From a virus, in IMG/VR virus record IMGVR_UViG_3300035527_000189, positions 2,889-66,888 of that record: a DNA stretch of 64,000 bases; one strand, written 5' to 3'. The notes under the pieces are model-generated. The model saw only the letters and a program-made list of their open reading frames with translations. It had not been told where the DNA came from and searched no databases. The position numbers and the translations under genes are program-made. This document shows positions 35,623 to 47,600 of the stretch, in pieces; the stretch's first letter is position 1, and every line of letters starts with the position of its first letter.

Positions 35623-38600
35623 TTGGCTACCAATGAAATTGTTGTAAAACACAACATCAATTCTGCAAACACAACTGGGGGTAGATCTCCAGAAATCTCA
35701 AATAATAATAATTTTAAACAAATGCTTGCTTCTTTAGAGAAGATGTTTTCAGGTCTTCCAAAGGAGATAGCTAAAGATATAACTCGTGCTATTATGCCTG
35801 AAGTGGTGAGACTTGTATCCAAGAGTATTGGTACGTCTTCAGGTGGGGCTACTGGTGTATCTAAAGCTGATATTACTAATTTGGTATCTACTGTGGCTAA
35901 AGAAGCAGCTAGACAGGCTACTAGCCATTTAGAGAAATCAGCCAAGTATGGTACTTCTACAGGAAATGCTGGAAGGCAACCAAATATTGCTTCTTTTTAT
36001 GCTAGTATGGATAAGCGTGTTGAGAGTATAATGAGTTCCCAATTATCTTCTCTTAAACAAAAAGGTATAAAATTAGAGTCTTCTACTGAAAAGGCTATTA
36101 TAGCTTTAGCTCAACAAGCTACACGCTCATCAATACCAAATGATTTCACTTCAGCTGTCAAGGAGATGTCGTCTGCTGTAAAGACTTTAGGTGCTTCTGG
36201 GTCTGAGATACATAAGGCTATTAAGGCTATTGGAAACCTTCGTACTAGTGGTGGCGGTTTAGATTTTAAAGAGCTGATACCTTATCTTTCAAATACAAAA
36301 AATATTGGTAAAGATTTAAAAAATACTCATGAGGCAGTAAAGAAAGTTTCTTCAGCCATTGAAAAATTACCCAGTGATTATAGGAAAAGTTTTTCTGATG
36401 TACTTACTGAATTAAAATCTTTAACTGCTGAAATTAAAAAAGGTTTGGTTGCTAAAGTTAGTCAGACAAGGGCTAAAGCCCAAGACGACCCACAGAAATT
36501 TGCTACTGCAATAGCTAATCAACTTAAGAAAGCTCTTGATTCCAGTCCTGCCCTTCAAAATACTCAGTTGGCCAAAGCTGTTGATAAAATGGTTAATGGG
36601 GTAGCTGATATTTCTTCATTACAAAAAGCTATTAGTAAATTTTCTTCTGAATTGGCCCAAATTAAAGGTGCAGATCCTAAAAATATTAGAAGTGTAGAAC
36701 AGGCCATTGATAAGATGGAAAAAGTTTTGATAGCAGCCTCTAAAATAACTATTGATGGTGGTGCTATTAAGAGCAAACAGTGGAAGAAATATGTAGATCA
36801 GTTTGACTCAATGATATCTAAAATGTCGGACGCTATAGTTAAAGTTAGACTTGTGTTTGATGATTCTGGTGTTCTTAAAGCCATGGCCGAATTTAAAGAC
36901 AAAGAGTTCAAGGTTACTGCTAAAGCGGATACAAAAGAAGCTAAGAAAAAAATTGATAGTGATATAACTGATAGAGAGGTAAAAGCTGTTGTTGTAGCTG
37001 ATACTGGGGCTGCAGAAAAAGATATAGATAAAGCGACTAAGGACAGAACTACTAAATTAATTTTAGAAGCTAAAACCAAAGAATCTAAATCTGTAGCAGG
37101 TATCGACAAAAGAATAGAGAATATAGAAAAAGCGCTTGATAATTTTTTCACTGTCCTTGGTAAATACTCTTCTGATAGAAAGAGCCTTGAATCTAATATT
37201 CAAGGTAAAAAATATTATAAAGGGAATTTAAATGATTTAAGTGCAACTATGCAAGGAGACTACAAGTCTCTATTTGATGAATTTAGTAAAGAAGTAAAAT
37301 CACGTAATTATGGTTATTTAAAACCTAGGATTCAACGGGAAATGGCCCCTGTGCATTCTTCCGAAAATTATCAGCATTTTCCTAAAGAAGTACAAAAAGC
37401 TTTCGAATTACTCAATTCTGCATTAGAGGAAGCTCCTCAAAGACTTCTTAATAAAGTTTCTAAAAAGAGTACTTCATCTGATAAGGAGCTTGTTAATGCT
37501 CTTAAAGACTTGAAGAAAGAATTAAAAAATATTGGGGTAGCATCTGATAATTCTGATATAGTTAGAGAGGTTAAGTCTTATGGGGCTTCGCTACTAAGTA
37601 AATTAGAGGCCGCAGGTAAAGATGTTGAATCTTTAAAATCAATAATTAGGAAGGAAGGTGGGATCACAAATTATGATGGCCAACTTTTTTCTTCTTATGT
37701 TAGTGATGGCGTAAAAAATGCTATTTCTTCTGTAAGAGATATAGTAGAAACTAGATCTACTGATAGTAGTAAGGCTGCAAGCAAAGAAGCTAAACGTATT
37801 AAAGACGGTATTAAAGAAACTGCTAATAATTTTACTGAGGCCTCTAGGATTATTGCTGATTCCACAGAGAAACTGAAGAAACAAGCTGGAAGGTCTGGTG
37901 TTGGGGATGGTATGGCCTCTAAAGGTGGTCTACCACAAGGTCTACCTTCTGGTTCTCCTTTATTTAATACAAAAACACAAGGTAGTAACTATTATAATTA
38001 TGGTAAGCAACTTATTAATCCAAATATGTCAGGGATAAGTTCTAGAGATGGTGAAGTTACTACAAAAGGCGGAGAGGAAATTAGAAAGGTTGTTAGTGAG
38101 AATGTTAAAGGTCTTTCTAAATCTTTATTTGAATTACAGCAATATATAGTTGATACCCTTGATAAAGAGCTTAAAGCTTCACACAATAAGATTGGCGGAA
38201 ATGAGTGGAAAATAGTAAGAGATCATGCTAAACAGAATATTAATGAATATTTCAAAATAGCTTCTGGTTATAATAAAAAAATGTCTGGTAAACAATGGAC
38301 TTTGCAAATCGCAGACATTGACAGGCTGAGGAGGACAGTCGGTGATTTTGATCCAAAAAGCACACCTACATCTTTAATAAAACAATTTAAAGAGCAGAAT
38401 TTTAGAAATCTAGTTTCTAAAAACGAACAACGTTTGCCCGAAGCAATTAGTGGTTGGATGAAGAGGTTTTCTGAAGCCGAGATTAAATCCTGGGATAATT
38501 TACCGGAACTTGTAGTTAAAAAACTAGCTAGAATAAAGAGAACTACTGATACTGGTCCCGGAATTTCTGAAAAGATGTTAAATGCTGTTACAGAGTTGGG

Positions 38601-41600
38601 CCAAGATCAGTTAAAAAGTATCTATAAGCAAACCATTAGTGAAATAGATTCAATTCAAAAATTAACTGGTGGATGGACAGAACAAAATGGTGTGGATCAA
38701 AGTCCTCTTGTTAGGAATGTATCATTACCTGCTGCCAGATTAAACCCTACAGGTGCAGCAACATTTGAAACAGCACAAGGTAGCCAAAGAGTAATACCTA
38801 AATTTGCTGTTTATAAGACTGGTTTTGAAGAGCTTTATGAGAAACTGCATGAATCTGGTAACTTAAAATTAGATAAAAAATATGCTGAAACTATTAAATC
38901 TGGAGGAATACGTCCAGATCCTTCCCAATTTACAGAATTTAATAATTTAGCTGAAAACATGTTAAGAGATCTGGCTTCGGCCCCAGGTAAAGAGGATGAG
39001 GCGCTTGGTTTTATTAAAGGCCAGTATAGGAAAGCTTCAAAGATTAGAGGGGCTGAACTAAAGAAAACAGGCCAAATAGATGATATAAGTGCTTTTAATA
39101 AACAAATTGAGGATGCATTTTCAAAAACCCATGGTGGTTTAGATAATTTTATGGAAGCAATGGAAAATGTTGGGGTTTCGGCCTACGATGTTGCTAAAAG
39201 CATGGAGAAAGTAGAATTTAAAGATATATATCAGATGTTCAAAAAGTTAATATCTGGTGCTGGAGATCCTAAAAGTAGTCCTTTAGTAGCATTAGCTGCT
39301 AATCCAAGTTATGATAGAAATATACGTGATTACGAAACTTACATGCGTAAATTAGTAGGTACAATTCCTATAGCTGATCCTAAAAAACCACGTAGATATG
39401 CTCATCAAGAACGTGTTATTAATCTCATGTCTATGGCTTCTCCAATATTTGAAGGTGGAAAAGGTGAAGGCTCAGGGGCTTCTGATTTTACTTCAGATCA
39501 ACAGAAAGAGTTTATTAGAGATCTTAATCTTTCTTTGAGAGACTTTATCAAAAATAATGAGGTATTGGGTGAAACTCGTGGCCTTCCTAAACATATAAAG
39601 AATATTTCTAGTTTAGGGGTTCCTGAAGCTCAGGCAGCAACTCTAGATGAATATAGAAAAACTGCTAGAAATGAAGATACTAAATATTTAGGTACTTTTA
39701 ATGCTACTAATTTAAAAATGTATACTGATAATCTTGCTGAAATATCTCCTTTTGGGGCACAATTTCAGCAATTAGGGCGTAATATCGCTAGTACAACAAA
39801 TGCTATGTCGGCTTTTAAAGTCGGTATGGAGAGTACTGATTTTCCAAAATTAAGATCAGAAAAAGAAGACTCATTAATTTCTTCTGGCCGATATGGGGGA
39901 GAGGGTTATGGTTTTAATGTTATTGCTGAATTAAGAAACACAGCCAGTACTTTTGAAGATCAGATACTTGTTTCAGGTAAATTAGCAGATGTTATGACTG
40001 AATCTGTTAAGACTATTGTAGGTCCTGATGGGTTAGGCAGGTTGGGGGATCTTGCAAATTCAGGTCTTCTTGATAATCTTGATACTGCTGCAGTATCTAA
40101 TATAGAAGCAAAAAAGTTAGTTAAATTAGTTGGTGATGCTGATAGAGTTTTTCAGGAAGTTCTTGGTGTTAAGTCTGAATATAAAGGAAGAGCGGACGAG
40201 GCTCTTATAAAAGATGTAGGTAAGATGATTACTGTAGTGAGAGGTAAAGAACTTAATGTTCAGACTGCTAAACTAGCTGAAACTTTTTTGAATTACTATG
40301 GTAGAAAATTTACTACCAGATTTGGTTCAAAGGGTGTCTCTGTTACTCCTCAAGGAGAGGGCACCGAATTTGGTAGAATTTTAAAAGAATTTCCTGACAA
40401 AAAGATTAAAGTACTTTCAAAGTCTGAAGCTGAAAAGGCTGGTTTAGGTACTGCGGTCTTGCCAAAGAGTATGGGTAAGCTACTTGATGAAATTCTTGAA
40501 AAAAATGCAAGTGAACTTCAATCTAAAGGTTTTACTGGTGTAGAAGTTGGTGAGTTGCAAACAAATCTATTAAAATCAGGCAATAAATTTATTATGGATA
40601 TGTTTACAGATGCTTCTTTAGGGGTTGTAACTTCAGATGAGGCTGAACTTAATAAAACGTTGTTTAATAAGATAAATAACGCTTTAAAGACTTTAAATCT
40701 CGGCGAGATAGATAAAAATATAGAAGGTATAAATCAGATAAAGTCTTTATATAAAACACAGATAGGTGAAAAAGATGCTAAACTTTTTGAGGAGAAACCT
40801 ATAGATATAAGAATAAGCTCATATGGTGCTGCTAAACGTGGACTACAGACGGAAACTCTAGAGACTATAATGAATAATGTAATTTCTGCTGGAGAGACTG
40901 GATCTACTGTTGTTAAGGATAAATTTGATAAGTCAGTTTATAGAAGTTTATTAGGTACAGCCACTGGCAGTAAAGAAGATCCCAAAAAGTTTCCAAGTTT
41001 AAGTGAATTTAGTAAAGCTTTAGGTTTTGAAGGGGCTGGTAAAGATAAGAGTCAGATTAGTAAAGATCTTTTTGAGACTTTTATGTCAAAAGAAACAAAG
41101 GGTGGGACTGTCTCTTTAATAGACAGAGATCAGTTTGTAAAAGATTATACCAAAGAAATGTCTGGTTCAATAGATCCTGATAAGTTAGAGTCTGAATATC
41201 AAAAGGCTGTAGCTTCAGCAGAAGATGTTTTGAGAGAAAAAGCTGACAAACTTGCTGAATTGGAGGCAAGATCTAACTATTATACAAGTGTTATAGATGA
41301 ATTCGGTGATGCCAGAAAAGGCCTTGTTGGTTCCAAGTTTGTAGAGATAGTTGAAGATCCGCATAAATATGATGAATGGTCAAAGAAGGATATTGAGAAA
41401 CAAATAAAGGGTGAGAGGTTGAATATCCCTGCGTTTGGAGCATATGCCTCTATTTTTGGTGAACAGTCTGAATTTATGAAGGACATGTTGGGGAATGTAC
41501 CTACAGAATCTAAAAAACATTGGGAATATATAAAAGCACTTCAAGTACTTAATGAAGAATCAGCAGAGATGCGTAAGAACTTGTTATCGTCTGCAAAAAA

Positions 41601-44600
41601 AGTAGATGTAAGTTCTTTAAAATCTTTTACTAAATCTACTGGTACTTTTGTTCCTGGTTTAGATGAATCTAGAAGTTTATCGGATACAATATTAGATGCT
41701 GATAAGTTTCCAGGCCCAGTAGATTTATCTATTCCTAGTACAATGGACCCGTCCAAAAGAGAATCTTTTTATGTTCCTGGAGCAATAGCCAGAAGTACTT
41801 ATCCTGAACCAACTATTGCTGGTGAAAGGGGCCTAGATTTAATTTCTAGACGACTACAACAGGTTGTTAATGCTGCTAAAAAAGTAGATGAATTAATGAA
41901 TTCTAAAGAGCGTGGTGAAGGTAGTGTTAGGAAAGATAGGACTATAGGTAGAGTTAAATCTAACATAAATAAACTACGTGAAGAGGCACGTGAAATAGCT
42001 AAACGTACACCTAAAAAAGAAATGACACCTCAAGGGGATGCACAAGCTATACAAGATATTATTGATAGTTTAATGCCTGTAATTTCTGGGTACAAACCTG
42101 ATCCAGATTTAACTATAGGTTATAACCAATGGAATGATGCTGCTAAATATATTGAAAATGTAAGATCATCTCAAATGGCTAAAGTAAATGCTGGTGAAAA
42201 AAATGTAGGGGAAGCTTTATACTATACTTTAGGCCAGGTAGTTGATGTTATAATAGGTGCTGATCCTAAAGGATCTTCATCTGAAAAAAGGAAAGAAGCA
42301 TCTTCTATGTTAACTGAGAAGGTAGCTCTTGGACAGAATGCTTTAGAGCAGTTTTCCAAAAAATTAGGTATTACCCCTCCAGAAGGTGATGAGGATAAGA
42401 TTATAAATAATGCTCTTGATAGTTTAGAAAAAGCTAAAATTAAATACTATCATTCTTTAGCAGAGACGGTCCTTGGTAAAACCGGTTCAATTCAAGAATT
42501 TGTATTTACCAGAAAAGTCCCAGCTATAATGAGTAAAGCTGTAACTGCTGTAGTAGATAAGACTAAAGAGTTTAAATCTTTGGAAGATTCTTTGAGAGAT
42601 GTTGCTGAAGGGGCTAGCAATTTAGGTATAGAAACTAGTTTAAAGGGCCTTGAAGAAGCAGCAGATGAATTACGCCAAGTTAGGTTTGAACATTCTGAAG
42701 ATATTAGAAAGTTATCTAAAGACAAAGGTTTACCTGTATTAAAACAACATGAGCTTGGTGTTCCTAAAGAGCTTGCAGAAAAACTACCTGTGGAATTTAA
42801 TAGAAAGGCATCATTTGACTATAAACTTGGGGAATTTAAATTTGATGAAAAAGGTACAAAAGAAGACACTACTCTAGACGTTTTACTTGAGCATAGGGAT
42901 AAGTTAAAAAAAGCTTTAAGTAAAAAAGGCTTAAAGGTAGGAAAAAAGACTATAAAAGTAGAAGACGAGATTAGAGGGGAAGTTGAGAAATACATTAAAG
43001 CTGAATTAACTCCTTATGTTGAAAGTGTTCGTTATCCTTTTACGGGGATATCTTCTGTACAACCATATGAAGCAAAACTTTTAAAACCTAAAAAAGGTGA
43101 AAGACAGTTTGAGAAACATTCTCTGATAGTACCAGGTATCCCTGAAATGGATTTCCAGGCTTTTGATAAAGTTAAAAGTTCTGTAGAACAAAATATTGAG
43201 TCTTTAAGAGGTGAGAGGGAGAAAGAATGGAAAAAAATTACTCCTGATACAGATAAAATAGAAAAGTTAAATATTGTTATTGATCGTCTTTCTCAAGTTT
43301 TATCAGATGCTATACCAAAATACATTGCACATCAACAAAAACTTGATTTTGATGGAGATCAAATAGAAATTCATTCCGCAAAAACAGCTAAAGCCAGAAA
43401 AGAGATAGAAACTCATTTTAAAACTCTTATTGATTATAATATTAACAAGGGAACCACAGCACAAGTTCTTAGGGATGATTTTACATATGATGCTATGGTA
43501 CCTTCTACCGGCAAATATCCTATTGCTGAACAAGCGATGGCATTTAATAAAAAGTTTAAAGAGTCTGAAGGTTTTGGTTTCTTACAAAAGCCCTTTTTAA
43601 CAGAAGATCTGGAATATTTATCCAAAGAAGAACGGTTAGGTATTCTATCTTCTTTCCCATCGGCGGCAACTGGAAAACCACGTGGACCAGTAACTGCTTT
43701 AAATGAAGCAGCATCAGCGGTAATAAGAGATCAAGGACAGTTATCTAAACTTGATGATATAATTTCTAATGTTAGTACTGTGGATGCCTCTGGTAAGAAA
43801 CTAGATGATTCAGAATATATTTCTAAATTACTAACTACAGTTGAGAAGGCCGATAGTAGGTTATCTAAAATACTTGAGGCTTCTGTTAGAGATAGGCTCT
43901 TTGAGTCAAAGTTTTTAAACACAATAAATGCCCAGTTATTTAAAATAAATACTGGTCCTGATACTGAAGCTCTTAATAGAATCCTTAAAATATTTGAAAG
44001 AAGTCTGGGTTTTGGATCAAAAGGCATTATTGGTACTCCTAGTAAAGGGCGTTTAGGTTTAGATTATAATCCTTCAGAATCTCTATCTGAAATGTTTCCT
44101 GAAGATTTGAAAATTTTTAAGAGTAAAGATTCAGATATGATGGGTAATGAGCTTCATACTATGATGAATGAAATTATCCGTGTTGCTTTTCAGAAAGGTA
44201 TGGATGTTAAACATGCAGGCGAAGTTCCTATTGCTACTGAAATGTATGAACTTTTAACACAAGGGCAGACTGGCCTGGAAACTTTAGTAAAAAAGATTAA
44301 TGAGGATGATTCTTATGCCGATATAAAATCTTTAAAAGAAGTAAATGAAACTGCTTTAAAAAGAAGAATGGGGGGCCTTTCTACTGAGGACATAAGGAAA
44401 GACGCTGTTAAAATAGCTACTAGTAGGGGGGAAGATCCAGAGACTGCTGGATTAGCATATGCAGATAGAGATACCTTGAAGACTTATATTGTAGAAAAGT
44501 TAAATCTTACTAATTTTTTATCAGAAATAACCAGACAGGTTGAGCAAGCAGCTTATGATGGAATAATTGAGCAGATTAAATCATGGGATATTAAAACAAG

Positions 44601-47600
44601 AAGTAAAAAATTAAAGGGTAAAACCCCTGAACAATTCGCTAAAGATACCATAGCTACACAAATGAAAGACGGTGGATTAGATATTAAAGGTATGGCTGAG
44701 GGTGGATTAATGCCGTTATATAAGTATAGAACTATGGGTTCTTCTTTGTATAAACAACGAGGGGAATATCAGAATAAATATGGTGATGTGGATGCTTCCT
44801 TTCTAGAAGGTAGATTTAAAGGTAAACCTGATGAATTAAAAGAATATACTAAAAAAATTAAAGAAGCTAAAGCATTAGCTAGAAACCTAAAAGACGAGTT
44901 TTCAAATTTTAATATATATGATTCAGGTGACAAAGGTAGTTATGCTATGTTTGTCCAAAGTGCTATAGATAATGTAAAGTCAGATAGTGAGGAAATTAAA
45001 AGGCTTGTAGCTCAATTAAATGAAGAAGAAGGTTTAATGGATTCTAGTGTTTTAGATAGGGCTTTAGGTAAATCAACACGTCATCAGTTTACAAGAGATG
45101 TGTTTTCTGAACCTAGTGATAAAGCTTCAGAAAAATACCTTGAAAAATATAGTAGAATAGTGGGTGTTCCTAGTTTAGGTACAGAATCTAAAGCACGTAT
45201 ACGTAAGAAATACCTTGAAGGTGCTGCAGTAGCAGCTGAACAACGTGTAGCTATGAGAGAAGATTCGAGAGAAACCTACAAAGGAGGCCCCGAAAAATAT
45301 GATCAATTAGTTGAACAAGAGACGGAACAAATTCTACGTGATGTAATTAAAGTTGCACAAGCTGATCTTATATTAAGGGCTGCTAAAGCTAGAGCTACAG
45401 AATCTAGATTTGTACAAAATATGTTTGGTGAAACTGTTCCTCCTGGAAAATCTAAATCTGAATTATCTAGTTCAAGAAGGCAAGAGATTTTAGATCAAGC
45501 TAGAGATATGTATGCAACTACTATCACTGGTTATGGCCAGCAACCTCCAGGGATAGGCGGGACTCCAGGCATGGCTTCTGGCGGTGGTAAGAGATATCAT
45601 GGTATGGGTGGCTCTGGCGGTTTATTATCAGGAGAAGGTCCTATTCCAGTACATATTGCTAGTATTGAAAATGGTGTTGGTCTTATTATTGGAGGCTCTG
45701 GGGTAGGTGTTAATGCTTCAATGTCTCCACATACAAGTAAATTAGATCATCCAATGTTTACATCTGATTTAATAAAGGATATTAAACGTGCCCGAGAAAT
45801 TGCTTCTGAATTAACTGGTGGATTAAACGAGCTTAAGGATACAACTTATGAGTTTAAATATAGAGCGAGTGGACTTAAAGGAGGGGCTGGCCGTAACCAA
45901 ATAGATGAGATAGCCGCAGTTATGGCTGGTGCTGAAGAAGATAAAGCTATTTTAGATGCCTCCTCTTTAAGAGGAACAGCTATGCATGCAAAACTTGAAC
46001 CTAGATACAAGGCAGCAAAAATATCAGGTTTGAAAACTTATACTGAAGAACCTGTTAAATATGAAGACCCTAAAGCTGGATTAATCACTGGTACTGTTGA
46101 TGTTTTAAGGAAAGATTTAGATGGTGTAGTTCAGGAAGTTATTGATATTAAGACAGTGAGTCCTGAAAATTTCAAAAAGCTAAAAGATGCTGTAGATGCT
46201 AGTGGATCTATTAAATTTGAAGATGTTAAGAAAGCAATTCCTGATATAAAAAAGAATAAATATTTAAGAAATGAGAAACTAGATGAGGTAGCTTCTCAAT
46301 TGAATTTATATTTAGCTTCTCAAAATAAAAATGCTAAAGCAGAAGCTCATTTCTATAATGCTTTAGATGATTCTATGAGTGAGGTTGTGGCAATTCAATT
46401 TGATTTTGATGAAAAAAGACTTGAAGCAGATATGAGTGCAGTTTCAGCTGCTCGTGAAAAAGTTAAAGATTCTGCTTTAGGGTTTGCCAAATCAGGTTCA
46501 TTTGAAGCATCTCAAAAAGCTGTTGAAGGGGTAGATAAAGCTAGGAAAGATAAAGGCGAAGAGTATTTCAAAAAAATTGAAGATGAGCTTATGGCCATAG
46601 GTAAAAGATATTACGAATTAATTAGGGAGAGAAAAGCCTATGGTGTTGGTGCTCCTGCTATGCCGTCTAGAGGGGGTATATCAAAAGATGAATTGAAGAA
46701 TCTTTGGGCTGCCACAAGGAATCAGACTAAGGGTTTAGATCAATTTATTAAAGCTAATCCTAGAGTATCTGGTGATGAAACTATTCCAGTGTCTCAAAAC
46801 TTAATAGCATTCCATCAAGCTGCAAAAATGATGCAAGCTCAGGAGGGGGTATCTTTAGACCCAGCAACTCTTGATAGCATGCGCCCAGAACTCAAAGGTA
46901 TTATAGATAAAATACCGTCTGAAGGTAAAAAAGGGATCGAATTTACCGAAGCGGTTAATAAATTAGTAGATGAAAATAAAATCAGTCGTACTGAAGTAAA
47001 TAAAGCTTGGAAGACATATAGAGTAGCTGTAGGTGATTATTATGTTTCAATGATAGAAAAAGCTAAACAAGAACTAGCTAAAGCTCAAGAAAGCGGGGAT
47101 TTAAGAGCCCAATCTACTAAATATGTAGATTTTGAGGTGGCAGTTGCTAATTTCCAGGATTACATTCGTTCTAGTTTAGGTAAAGGTACGGACATATATA
47201 CAAGAGATAAGAGATATATGACACCTGAACTTGCAAAGGGTGCTAAAGTTTATATGGACCCCCAGTCTATAGCTAAGAAAGCTTCGACTGAGTTAGGGGA
47301 CAATGAAAAACTTAAATCTATATTTGATAAAGTGGTTGATGTAAGAGAGGGTGAATACCCTATACCTCAAGATGCTGTTAGAAAGATGTTAATTGAGCTT
47401 ACTAATATGGATAAAGAGCTTGCTAAAGTTATTGTAGATGCAAGGGAGGTTGCTCAGTTAGGTCCAGAAATTGTTAAAGCTTGGGACTTTAGTCAGTTAA
47501 GGGTAGGGCTAGCTAGATTAAAAGCCGCTATGCAGAAGTACATGACTGGCCCATTGCATGAGTGGGATGCTGAACAAAAAGAGTATTTAACAAAAGTATT

